Source: Lama glama (lineage: Eukaryota). From it: a stretch of 64,000 nt of DNA. The stretch lies in assembly GCA_028534125.1 (NCBI GenBank), contig CM052817.1, positions 85,872,001-85,936,000 on the forward strand, read 5' to 3'. This document shows positions 26,465 to 38,886 of the stretch, in pieces; positions within the stretch are counted from its first letter, which is position 1; each line of letters opens with the position of its first letter. Under the pieces are notes generated by a model. It worked only from the letters and a program-made list of their open reading frames with translations. It was not told the origin of the DNA and did not search any database. Made by a program: the position numbers and the translations under genes.

Positions 26465-27406
26465 AATATTTAGTTTAAAATGTATTACCATTGGAATATT
26501 TCAAAGTTAATACTCATGATGAAAATGGTAGATTAAGAGAAAAAATATCTCTAAACACCAACAAAAACAAAATGAGCAAAGAGAATAAAAAATGGTGTGG
26601 GGACTTCATGTATGTGAAAAAATATAATTTATGCAAACTAAACCCCAAGGAGTCTCTGCCATATATTGAAGTTTGTGTAAAATCAAAAAGCATGCTCCTC
26701 ATAAATATTCATCAGCTCACATTAAATGTTATAGAACATGTTATAAATTCACTGCTATAGAAAATAACTAGAAAATATTCTGAGACATCCTCCAATTAAC
26801 ATTCCAATTTGCAAGTAAGAGTAAGATGCACAGAATCACCATATAATACCTTTCATGAAAATAAGAAGTCAATATTAAAAAAAATATAGATGAGAGTCTG
26901 GAAAATTAGTTGTTTAATTTCAAAAACAAAGGCTGTCTAGAGGCCTGAGGAAATCTGCAGGAGACACAGGGCACTCCTGACGATTACACTGAGAGACTTG
27001 TCTTTACCACACACCAAGTTTTGCAGCGTCTATTATACTGAGAATAAAACAGAGTTTTGTTATTTTATTTTTAAAAATAATCTCTGATTTAACATACACA
27101 CACAGAAGCTCAAACCTTAAGAGCATGCTCTAACAAAGAACACCAATACACTACTATGTTAAAGAGAGTACCCTCAAGTTGACAAAGCAGTTTGTGAGAG
27201 TCAGTGAATATTGCTGATGTAAATTATCTTCACTTGATATGCAAAACAACAAAGAACAAACCAAAAATTCTGATTGTTCATGGCTCACACTCCTGCTAAC
27301 AGTAGTTTCTCGAACCAGGTAGAGTAATTCTTGGTACTAATATTTATGAAGAAAAAGCAGATAGAGTTAAAGATCACTTATTAAGTGAAAATATCCTGTT
27401 TTCTTA

Positions 27407-27795
27407 TGTTAAAAAATAAAACTCAGCTGAGTAAATCTGAGGATCTAATTGGCTTTATTCAAGGATACATGAATCAGGCAGTATCCCATGGAGCAGATAG
27501 AAAAGGTGCTCCAAAGAGCTGCAGAAAAAGAAAGGTTTTTAAAGGTAGAAAGGGGAGGGATGAAGAAGTCACAAGCAAAAGAAAATATTGTTTCAGGCAA
27601 GACCACCTTCCTCTGGGGGATGCAGGAAATCTATCAGGACCTCACTAGTGCTGAATAGGAAATTCCAGGTTAACTAGTTAAGATCATATTATTGGGAGAG
27701 TTTGAACTGCAATTGGTGTAGGCATTAGGTCCTAGTTTGGTGACCTGGGCTTGGTACAAGTGTCTTCATTTTGGCCTCCTGTCCCTTTTTTAACC
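27407..27795 (-). mobile_element. Solo LTR, ERV1-type, with 4-bp TSD
   Basis: Inverted termini tgttaaaaaa...ttttttaac(c). TSD ctta at 27403-27406 and 27796-27799. Poly(A) signal on the minus strand (ctttattc). Confidence 0.8.
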
Positions 27796-27945
27796 CTTAC
27801 CATCATCAGTTAACTAAATACGTGATAAAATAGTGTCAAATGCACAGCACTGTAAATTAATTTCCGTGTGAAAAATCAAATAGTACTTAGTGAACAGGAC
27901 AAAAAGGAGACAGTATTCATCCTCTTGTCTAATTATTGTTGATGA

Positions 27946-28422
27946 TGTTGCTGCAAAACCGGCCTCTGAACCCTTAAAGATGGACTGAGATTTGGAGGCA
28001 GTTTTGGAAGGAAAATAACACCTTTATTGCTTTGCCAGGCAGACGGGACTCGGCAGGCTAATGCCTTAGAGACTGTGACTCCATCCTGGGGTTGGGGTCT
28101 TGAGGTTTTATAAAAAACAGAATGGAACAGAAAAGGTGTAAACGATCAGGGCACTTTGCAGGGTGCCACTACATTCCTCTTAACCTGGAATGTTTGTGGC
28201 GTCATGGGGGAACTGTGGACGGTTGGTCCATCCTTCTAAGATTATTGGCCCATTACCTCCTTCCTAGAGCATAGCCTCTGGGTTAAAGAACGTAAGGGAA
28301 AAGTTTGGGGGTTATTTAGCACAAAAGCAGTAAAGGAGATAAAACAAACTGCAGGGTTTCTTAGAATCATCAAACAGTTTGAGCACCAGGGAAGTCAATT
28401 TTAACTGTTTCCTACTCCTTCA
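27946..28422 (-). mobile_element. Solo LTR, probably lineage-specific ERV1
   Basis: TG...CA ends. Minus-strand AATAAA (ctttattg ~28022) and TATA (ttttataa ~28106). GC-richer than the flanks with several CpGs kept. TSD not clean. Confidence 0.7.
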
Positions 28423-29179
28423 GGGATACTGTTGCTGAGGTAGTTCATTCATTTGACAAAAGTGGAGTTCATAGCAATTTGAAAGGTATTTCAGTTGTAC
28501 TCTAGGACTAATCATAAGGTAAAGATATAAAAATAGCTATACTTCTGTCATGTAGCTATATCTATATGTAACTAACTAACACAATATGAAGTATTATATT
28601 TTTAAAGTGTATGTGTGAAGACAGATGATAGTTAGATAGATGGATAGATAATTCACTCTGTCCCTAAGAAAGTCAAGAAGGAAGGAATGAGATTCTTGTA
28701 TCAATGAACACACTTAGGACCCACATATTGTTTCACACTTAAAAGTAAGTGTCATTGCTCCCTATACCTGATTTCACCCATTCTTATTTTAATAAATACC
28801 ATTTTTTCTGAACTCTGAGTTCATGTAAGAGTCAAATATTTGGATAACTTGAGCATTTCCAAATTAACGTTTTCATAACTGACCTGTTTCTTTCCCACAA
28901 TGTACCTTTTCTCTCTATTTCAGTAAAATGCTCTTCCCACTCCGCCCACCTTTGGTTTTTTTTCATGACCCATTTTCAGGTTAACACAAATCCTTCAATG
29001 CATTCTCTAGTATACATTTGAACCAACTGATTTTTCCAATCTAAACTGGCTGTTGGGAGGCAGAGATAGTGAATAACATCCTCCAAAGTGAGAAGGAATA
29101 TAAGAAAAAATGAAAAATGAAGCGAGCAACTCCATGAAGTGCAACGAAAGTGGGAGGAAAGGGGGCAGGGCACAACCAT

Positions 29180-29661
29180 TGAAGGAGTGACACAGCAACT
29201 GAGGACAGGACAAACTGGTCAGACCAAGATGGTGGAAGACCTCACTTCTTGTAGACCTTGAGCCTCATGGCACACCCACAGGTGCAATGACAGTCATTAC
29301 GCTTACCATAAAATGTCAAAAAGCAGGTAGTGGGGTATTTCCTGGAAATCCTCGCCCCTTCCTCAAACTAGCTGGAATAACCCTCCTACTCACTGGCATA
29401 CAAAATTACTGAGCCCATAAAACCTAACAGCTCCAGCATCTCGTGGCCGCTCTCGCTCTGGCTCTGTCACACTCACCTTCTGAGATGGCCTACACTCTGT
29501 GTATGGAGTGTATATCTCCTAAGCCTTTTTCCCTTCTGAGGGAGAAAGACACACTCTGTCTGTAGAAAACGTATCTCTCTAAATAAACTTACTTTCACTT
29601 TACCATGCCTTGCTCTTGAATTCTTTCCTGGGCGAGGCAAGAACCCTTCTGCCCCCAAACA
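29180..29661 (+). mobile_element. Solo ERV1 LTR, MER41-like
   Basis: TG start. 3' part aataaacttactttcacttta...gaattctttcctgggcgaggcaagaaccct and middle ttcctggaaatcctcgccccttcc...gaataaccc match the MER41 layout. Confidence 0.85.
29339..29347. promoter_or_regulatory. GAS (STAT-binding) motif TTCCTGGAA inside the MER41-like LTR
   Basis: Exact TTCCNGGAA, at the position matching the first GAS site of primate MER41B. Function not shown. Confidence 0.5.
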
Positions 29662-30298
29662 CAACTGTGAAGTTTACTGTAGGTAACTTCCGTCTTATGT
29701 GGAGGCAGAGGGATGGGGCATACTGAGGATCCAGAGGCACTAGCAGCTGCACAACACACTAGGGAAAGGGGCATTGGGGGATTTAAAAGGGCCAAAGCTA
29801 AAAATAGAATCTGACAACTAAGGAGAATCATGTCCGCATGGAAGGGAACTGAGAGTTTTTCCTCCCCATGGCCATCTCATGTCCATTAACCATCTGTGTC
29901 AGCAAAAGTCGTCCTTCCACTTTTCAAACCACATGAAGACAGGAGTAGAAGTTGATAGTGAACTCATCTGGCTTGAGCACATGCCTTGTGAGTAGGCTAA
30001 AGCTCAGTCAGGTAGGAAGGGGAAGGAGGAGGACTGCTGGCCTGATGGAGCTGACAAAACAATCCAGTGTGTTTCAGCCAAACACTCGCCTTACCCTAAA
30101 CATAACCAGCATTACTTCTGACCTAAACTACAATAGCTAACCAGTTTCTCACCTCAGTTTCACTCTTGTGAATTCCTGTTTCATTTAGCACAAGCAGCCA
30201 TGTGTAATGTTTAAGAATAAAGTTATTGTATTATTCCTACACTTCAAATCTTTGTGTATCTTTCCATTGTCCATAGATTAAAATACAAGATCTTCGAC

Positions 30299-30940
30299 TG
30301 GCAGTACAGCAAGTACACTGATTAAGAGAGCAGACTGGAGAGCCAGACTGACAGCTTTGAAGCCCGTATCTTCACCACTTCCCAGTTGTGTGGCCTTAAA
30401 TCACTCAGCTGCTCAACGCCTAACTTTTCTCATTCATTAAATAAATGATGACTTTAATCAAATAGGCTGCTAGTTATTTCTCTAGGAACAATGGGTTTAT
30501 TCGGGATCAGCAAAGAATTGTGTTTCAGAGTCTGTAACCATCACAACCCATGTGCAAATCCAGCACAACAAGGAGAGGAGAACTCTTTTCTAGTGGGGAA
30601 AAGGAAGTTGGGAGAGTGAGAGTAAACAAAGAGCCCACTGGAGGAACCGAGACTTCATAGTGGCTTTTCATTGGCTGACTTGTGATGGTCTTTCACTGGC
30701 TGAGCTCTGGCCAGGCAAGAAGAGGAAGTTCCTCTTGGGCTCTGCTATCATTTTAGGATGTGAAAGCTCCTCTTTCTGGCCTCCTGAATATAGTTTAATT
30801 GAGGTTTCTGCTTATTAATTATTACAGTACCTATTAGAATTCTTTGCTTTAGAATTATTTGAAGATTAAAGAGTGTGTGAAGAGTTAGAGCATTACCCAG
30901 CATATTGAAACGACAGCAGTAGTTACAATGTAAATAAGCA
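30299..30940 (+). mobile_element. MIR split by an LTR at ~30448-30826
   Basis: 5' half gattaagagagcagactggagagccagactg...gttgtgtggcctt. The 3' half resumes at gtacctatt...gaagattaaa...cccagcatatt. Confidence 0.75.
30448..30826 (-). mobile_element. Solo LTR inserted in MIR
   Basis: About 380 bp foreign to MIR, ending in CA, with minus-strand AATAAA (gtttattc ~30497) and CCAAT-like cattggctga. Left boundary approximate. Confidence 0.7.
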
Positions 30941-33900
30941 ATATATTTGTGCAGCGTGAACAAAACAACTTCCCCAACCTCAAACTTTTAATTTACTTCA
31001 CTTTAGCTTCTTTCAAATACTTGGACCCTATCTTAATCTTTAACAGCTTCTCACATGACACTCCCTCTTCTTCAGGTGCTCTCTCCACTCCCCAGTGTCT
31101 ACCTAACTCCTATTTAATGTTTTAATTCTGTAAGTGTCATTTCACAGGGAGGATATTTTTGATTCCTCAACCTAATCATTAATTTCTACATATGGTAATT
31201 TTTGTTGGAACAATTTTTCTTCAGAAGAACTGTCATAATATGTAACAATATACTCTTTTTCTACATATAACTGTTTATTTACATGATATCTATCTCCCAC
31301 ATCTGCTGTCTCACACTGGGACTATAAACTCTATGATAATAGGAATACAGTAGCTTTTTTCTACAAAGACAACTTTGTGAATCCTAGCACAACATAAGCA
31401 TTCAATATATTATTGTAGAATCAACAAGACAATCAAATGGTGAAGAGAATTGAAGAGAAATTACCCAGGTATAAGGGGAAAACTACAAAGGATTATAAAT
31501 AATCGTATAAAACTATGATAGACTTGGATTATCATATAATAATTTAAATATATAAATATTTAAGCATAATATAAATGAAGATCTTAATAAAAGAGAAAAA
31601 ATGTTTCAGATGTATAAAAGAAATTTTGAACCTATAGATACAAGAGACTACATGGTAAGATCTAAGGGACTCACTATGTAGCAGGGAAAATTATTGAAAA
31701 TGTAAAACCATGGAAACTTGTTTGAAATCTAATGATTCATTTAAGATCAAGAATAAGGAAATTCTCTAGCAAAAAGAAACACAAAATTCTACACGTGTCT
31801 ACAATGTTGCGAATTCATAACAACAATAATAAAAGTGGTAAGATATCTATATTAGACAATTTTAAAATGGAATAGAGTTTAAAAAAAAGGAAACAAGACT
31901 TTGTCTTTAGACTAAAAAGAAAAATTACAAAAAATTATTATCCTATTATGATAACATATAATAAAAAGTAAATCATAGAAGTAAAAAAAACTAAATTTAA
32001 AAAATTATTACACTCAGATCTATTATATTTGATTACACTCGGATCAAATATATATGCAAACTACATAAAAATACATTGTCAAAAGCAATAATAAGAACAT
32101 TCGTAGTCAACACCAATCTGTACCATATAAAACTGCTCTCATGGGAAAATATCCTACGAGGGAATTTATACCACGGTTTCAGTATACGTGTGCATTTTGG
32201 GGTACATAAGTGCATGTACGTAAATGTGTTGCAAAAGACTGCAGAAAATAAATTTTTACAGCAGTTATGACTGGGAATTACAATGTTAGGTAATCATATT
32301 ACATATTAGGTATCAAATTGTAATCACCCTCTGAATCATTTTAAGTGAGGTTTTTTTAATCTTAAAAGCAAATCTTTTTTTAATCTTAAAGTATGAAAAT
32401 TCATGCTTTAAATGGATGGCAAAACAGTGAGATTCATACATATATTTTAAAGGCATTTCCCAAATAAAATCGATTTGCTTTTTATAGACAACATCAAATC
32501 AACTGTCAGCAAAATCAGATAGAACTTTAAATTTTCATTTTTCTTCCCATTTTAAGCCTGATAATAAATATTGTATGTTCACATGGGGTAAAGCCAAGCA
32601 ACGTTAAAACAAAAAATAATGTCTCAAGGAAATTAAAAGAGTTGTTTTTCTTTTTCTTTTTCTTTTTTTTTTCACGTAGGCAAACCTCTGCATTCAAAAT
32701 ATCCACATGGAGTAAAATTAAGTTTCATTTTTATTATACTCATTAACTATACTCATTAATATTTCTAATTAAAAATAATAGAAAATCCTGCAGCCACTGG
32801 GGAAACGTATTTGCTATTTTTAGATTATTGATAGTCTTGTAAAGATCATTTGCTTTCATAGTATTTTAGAAAAACTTAAAAGAATGCAAAATTGTAGGAC
32901 TTTTGAAAAAACATTTGCTTCATCATAGCTTTAACATGACACAGAAACTTTTAATTCTTTATGCAAGAAGTTTTCAAACTTTTTTCTTCAATATATTTGT
33001 GTGTGTGTGAATATAGTCTGTGTTGTGTGTAATGTAAATATACTGTAAATATATTTCAAGGTTCTCTGGATTTTTGAGTAGAGGGAGATTCAGAAACCCA
33101 ACCTGCCTCTTGTTCTGTGTTACCTGAAGAAGGTGAAGTGCAGCTGGCCCATGACCTGTTTAATATTACAAGTCTTCTACTATATAACAGACTTAGGTCA
33201 TAAGTGTACAAATAGTAATAAAATAAAGACCAGATATTTTCAATTTCCAAAACTAAGATTAATCAATATTGAATGCCTAAATCATTCAGTCTCTTAGTAG
33301 TATCTAAAATTAGCAATTGCTCCAATTATTAATTCTAAGAGCATACCATTAATGATTCATCAGACTCTGTTAGTATTTCTCCAAAATGTCAGAGTTCTTT
33401 AACACAACGTCCTTAGAATTTGGCAGGTATCTGACCTAGGTCTCCAATTACCTATATATAGCCTTTTAAAGACCTTAACTGAGTTATTTTGTGAGAAAAC
33501 TAGGCATCTCTCCAAGTAATCCAAACTGCATAAATTGATTATACACATGATTAAAAAAAAAAGAATTAACAGCTTTTACTTACTTCTACAATATTGTCCT
33601 CTCTTAAAGGTCCAGATTTTTTCAAGGCTGTTAGATAAATACAGGAAATAGAGTATTTTTGAGCATTTCTTCCTCCATGTTTTCCCTATCATTCACTAGC
33701 TAGCCCCGTTGGATCTAATTTTATCAACTCCAAAGTTTACACTCATTTCTTGTAATTTGCCTCAAAGATTTTGGCCCTTCAGACTGAAGTTGGGTAAGCA
33801 GCTACAACCTGGCTGAAAGACAATCCTGCTCATGGTGCAGCTACCACCACCAATCAGATTATCAAATCAGCTCACTAAATCAGAGATCTTGCAGTGTCAA

Positions 33901-35552
33901 GCTTTACTAATAATTTCAAGGATTCAGCAATGAAGCAGCATAGGTGAAGCAGAGAGAGGTCTGGGACACCCTATCTGGTTCTTTAGGTCCTTCCTTCTCA
34001 CGTCAGACACAGGCTCCCTGTTCAAGACCAATAGTGACAGTTTCTAAGTAAGGTTAGTGTGTCATCTCATGTGGTGGAGATCATTTAGGTTCATCTAACA
34101 TCTCCATTTTATGCACCACTGTTACATTGCTTGCACTGCATTTTCCATAGTGTCATGTCATAAATCCACAGACAGTGGTTTGTGTCTTGTTAATAATACT
34201 GAACCTTAGACGTTATCCTGTGAGATTTCCAAAGATAAAAATTTCTGCCTAGCAAATATCAGTAGTCTATTTACTGGGTGATCCGATTATCAACAGTACT
34301 AGATTAGGTCAGCGGCTTTCTTTTCCCTGGGGTATCTCCTTTATAATCAGGATAGAAATGGATCACAGCTCTGCTGCTTTAACTTCATTCTTCACTGGGT
34401 GAATTACCATGTTTAATTTTGGGGTGAAATAATTGTACCACATTTATTCACACATTTATGTAGCATTCTCCCCCCCCAAAAAGCTTTACCAATATAAAAA
34501 ATAACATTTTGACTTCCATCTATCTGACTCATTAGGCTATCTCTAATATTTTTTCCACTGTTTCATTTAATTCTGTTCATCTAAAAGAAAACTAATTTTC
34601 ACATCCAGGAAAATTATTTCACTGATTTGTTTGATCTGGCCATTGCTTTTCATTATGATAATTGTTTTAGAGTCACTCAAAATCAAAATTACAGGATTAT
34701 GAAATATACTTTATGTATGTGCAGAATCAAAGCCTAATAAAATTCTGAGTTACACTGGCAAGTATATTTAAAGGCTTTTACAATTTCAAATGTTTGACAA
34801 TTTGTTTATATTCTATTTGCATTATCTGGAGAACATTAGCCATTTACAAAACTATGTAACTGCTACATATTATCATTATCATGTTCATACGATGATTGAT
34901 TGTTATTATAATAGTAATTGACTTTTATTCTTATTTTTCTATATGTGGATGAATTTATTTGCCTTTCTTGTATGTACAGATATCATTTATTATATAGTTT
35001 GGTGAAATTAATACCTTTCAGGCTTCATTTGGTTCTACAACTTATTTGATGTTTCATCTTCTCCTAATGATAATCTGCAGTTTTCTAATTTCAGTTAGAT
35101 ACTGTTGTAATTGCAATACACAACTCATATTTAAATGTTAATAGAGTGAAATTGCTCACATCTATATTTTAAGAGGTTTAAATATGTGCAGCTCACATAG
35201 TCCAGGAAAAATGGAGTTTTTAAGAGATAAAAAAATAAAGCCAATCAGGATACTTCAACTGAAAAATTTAGGATAAACAAATTAGTAATGGAAATGTTCA
35301 ATCTTTATTTTTCTAGTGAATGTCAATTTGTGGATAATATGCTGTCTGTTTATATTGTATGCCAAGGAAATATCATAATCACCTGCTAGTTTATATATCT
35401 TTTTTTCCCATGTGTTATTTTTCATAAGTGTATAGAATGTCATCAAATATTGAAAAATAAAATATAATGCAATTTTAATTTGGTTTATTTGCCCTAAATT
35501 GTGTAACCTAGTGATATATTAACTGGATGACATCTAATTTCATAATTCCTAA

Positions 35553-36361
35553 TGTGACTTTATGATTTAAAATAAAAAATAAATATTTGGTCTTCATCTG
35601 GCATCTGACAAAGGGTTTTTTTCTAAAACCTTTGGAATTTCCTAGTTGATAAGAGCAAAAAAGATGTCTTAATATTCATAACAAATTTCTTCAATCACAT
35701 CTGAGTTGATATTAATAAGGTGATTTTTGAATTACACCAAAAGATGGGGCCTGTTTGACAGGGGAACCAGACTTATGATTAGAGAGTTGGAAATTTTAGT
35801 CCCACTTTCTGACCTCCAGGTAAGGGAGAGGAGTTGGAGGTTGAATCAGTTGTCAATGGCCAATGATTTGATCAGGTGTGCTTATGTAACAAAGCCTCCA
35901 TAAATTCTCAGTAGCACAACGTTCAGAGAGCTTCTAGGTTGGGGAACACATGGACATTTGGGGAGAATGGCACACTTGAAGATGCCATGGAAGCTCCTTT
36001 CCCCATGGCTTTCCTAATGCATCTCTTCCATCTGCTGTTCCTGAGTTATATCCCTTTACCAGTAATCTAGTAAGTAAAATGTTTCTCTGAGTTTTGTGAA
36101 CTACTCTAGCTAACTAATCAAACCTGACAAAGAATTTGTTAGAACTTCCAGTCTATAGCTGGCTGGTCAGAAGCCCATTCTGGACTGGGCCCTTAGCCTG
36201 TGGGATCTGATGCTAGCTCCAGGTAGATAGTGTCAGAATTGGGCTGAATTGTAGGACACCCAGCTTCTGTCAGAGAATTGTTTGTTGCTGTGGAGAACTC
36301 CCCACCCTGACCCCACCCCCTACCCCCACACTCACACTGGAATTGGTACTAAATAGTTTTA
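35553..36361 (+). mobile_element. Solo LTR, MER21C-like, with 5-bp TSD
   Basis: MER21 motifs gattagagagttggaaatttt, caatggccaatgattt, aatgtttctctgagttttgtga and ctccaggtagatagtgtcagaattg. TSD cctaa at 35548-35552 and 36362-36366. Confidence 0.9.
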
Positions 36362-36539
36362 CCTAAATAATGAAGCATTTTCCATTGTTACCCTATAAAA
36401 ATGTGCACCATGATATCTGAAAGTATGCTTTTCAATGTGTTAAATTATCATGTACCATATTATTCTTAATTATTTTTGACTAGAACAAAAAGGACAATAT
36501 TTGTTTTCATTTTGATCAACCTATCAATTGAAATAAAAA

Positions 36540-37279
36540 CTTTCCCATTATGATTCCTTTTATATTTTTTTCTTGGCTTTGGCTAGGACTTCCAGTACTG
36601 TGTTGAAATAGAGTGGTTAGAGTGAGCACCTTTGTCTTGTTTCTGATCTTACAGAAAAGCTTTCAACCTTTCAAAATTGGGCATAATGTTAGCTGTAGTC
36701 TTGTCACATGTAGCTTTTATTATGTTGAGGTACTTTCCTTCTACATCTAATTTGTTGAGAGTTTTTATCATGAACAAGTATTTAATTTTGTCAAATTATT
36801 TTTTGTATCCATTGAGATGATCAAATCATTTTCCTTTCATTCTATTGATGTATTACATTCATTTTTCCATATTGAACCATCCTTACATTCTAGAAATAAA
36901 TCCTACTTGTTCAGGGTAAATGAACCTTTTAATGTGCGAATGAACTTGGTTTGTTAGTATTTTATAGAACATTGTTTCATCTAGTCATCAGGGATACTGG
37001 CCTGAAGTTTTCTTTTCTGGTGGTGTTCTTTTCTGGCTTTGGTATTAGGGTAATGCAGACCTTGTAAGATGAGTTTGAAAGTTTTTCCTCCTCTTCAATT
37101 TTTGGGAAGAATTTGAGAAGGATTGCTTTAATTTTTCCTTAAATGTTTGGTAAGATTCACCATTGAAGGCATCCTGTGCTGGACTCTTCTTTGGGAAATT
37201 TTTGATTACTGATTCAATCTTACTAGTAATTAGTCTGTTCAGATTTTCTGTTTCTTTCTGATTCACTCTTAGTAGGTTC
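36540..37279 (-). mobile_element. Inverted 5' arm of an L1 insertion (ORF2 Z/RT region)
   Basis: The minus strand encodes [43 protein letters not shown] through NTVLEVLAKA. Confidence 0.92.
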
Positions 37280-38886
37280 ATGGACTGGAAGAATTAATAT
37301 TGTTAAAATGTCCACATAAACCAAAGCTATCTATAGATTTAATGTAATTCCTATCAAGATTCTAAAATATTTTATACAAAAGTAGAAAAAAATCCTAAAA
37401 TTTACAACAAAAAATAACTCAGACTGGATTAAAGACTTTCATGTAAAACCTGAAACCATAAAACTTCTAGAAGAAAACATAAGAAAAAGCTCCTTGATAT
37501 GATCTTGGCAATGATCTTTTAGATCTGACACCTAAAGCATAAGCAACTAAATAAAGCATGAACAGCTAAGACTCCATCAAACTACAAAGATTCTGCATAG
37601 CAAAGGAGACAATCAACAAACGAAAAGCCAACTTATGGAATGAAAGAAACATACTTACAAATCAAGTATCTGAAAAGGGATTAACATCTGAAATATAAAG
37701 GAAATTCATATAACTCAATAGTAAAAAAACAAAACAAAACAAACAAAGACAAAATCAAAACCTACAAATAATACATTAAAAAATGGGTGAAGGATCTGAA
37801 AGACAAGTTTTCAGAAAAGACATACAAACGACCAACAGATAGACAATACAGTGCTTAACATCAATAGTCATCAGAAAAATTGAAATTAAAACCACAACAA
37901 TATATCACCTCACACTTGTTAGGATGTCTGTTATCAAAAAGACAACAGATAACACATGCTGGAAGTGTGTACCCTTGTAGTACGCTGTTTGTAGGAATGT
38001 AAACTGGCCTAATCACTATGGAAAATGGTATAGAGGTTCTTCCAAAAATTAAAAAAATAGAACTATTATATAATCCAGCAATTCTACTTCTAGGAACTTG
38101 AAGAAAAGAAAACAGTATATTTAAGAGATATCTGCGTCCCCATGTTGACAGCAGCATTATTTACGATAGCCAAGACATAGATATAACCTAAGTTGCCCTT
38201 GATGGACAAATGGATAAAGAAGTTGTAGATATAGATACAGAGACAGAGACAGAAACAGATATTATCCAGCCATAAAAAATGAGTTAATTCTGCTATTTGT
38301 GAAAACATGGAGTGTCTGTGAGGGCACTATGCTAACTGAAATAAGTCAGATAAAGACAGATACTGTATGATCTCACTTCGATGTGAAATCTAAAACAAAG
38401 CAAAACAAAACAAAACAAAAAACTTATGAGAAAAGATACCAGATTTGTGGTAGCCAGATGCTGCAGTGAGATGGGGGAACTGAATGAAGGTAGTCAAAAT
38501 GTACACACTTCAATTTACAAAATAAATAAATAGTGCAGATATGATTTACAACATGATGACAATAGTTCACACTTTATAATAAATATAAAGGTTATTATAA
38601 TATATATAAAGGTTATTATATATATAGAGAGAGACACAGAGAGAGAGAAAGAGAGACAGAGAGAGAGAGAGAAAGTACCTAAGAGTTCTCACCACAAGGG
38701 GAAATACATATATGTATATATATACATATATATATATATACACACACACATATGATGAATGTTAATTAAACTTACTGTGGTAATCATTTCATAATATATG
38801 CAAGTCAAGTCAAATTGTTATTCTGTATACCCTAAACTTACACAGTGCTATATGTCAATTTTATCACAATAAAGCCAGAGAAAAAA
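37277..38886 (+). mobile_element. Sense 3' arm of the same L1 (L1MA9-like ORF2 end and 3' UTR)
   Basis: Starts SWTGRINIVKMS, includes PMLTAALFTIAKT, and ends atatgtcaattttatcacaataaagccagagaaaaaa. Internal microsatellites at 38570-38750. Confidence 0.92.

Larger units (their letters stand above)
28720..31440 (+). mobile_element. Fragmented L2, host of nested LTR and MIR insertions
   Basis: L2-like blocks at ~28720-28940, ~29870-29930, ~30090-30297 and ~31000-31440. The last ends gactataaactctatga...tcctagcacaacataagcattcaatatattattgtagaat. Confidence 0.6.

Noticed and set aside
32660..32730. Strong acceptor-like poly(T)-cacgtag
   Set aside because: No matching donor. The pyrimidine tract is just a T-rich simple repeat.
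33124..33155. Possible 32-nt minus-strand exon (cag|GTCATG...TTCAG|gtaaca)
   Set aside because: Poor polypyrimidine tract, weak donor and unrecognised peptide.
33700..34450. Faint ERVL gag/pol-like peptides on the minus strand (IKLDP, LSVDL)
   Set aside because: Motifs are too short and not clearly collinear.
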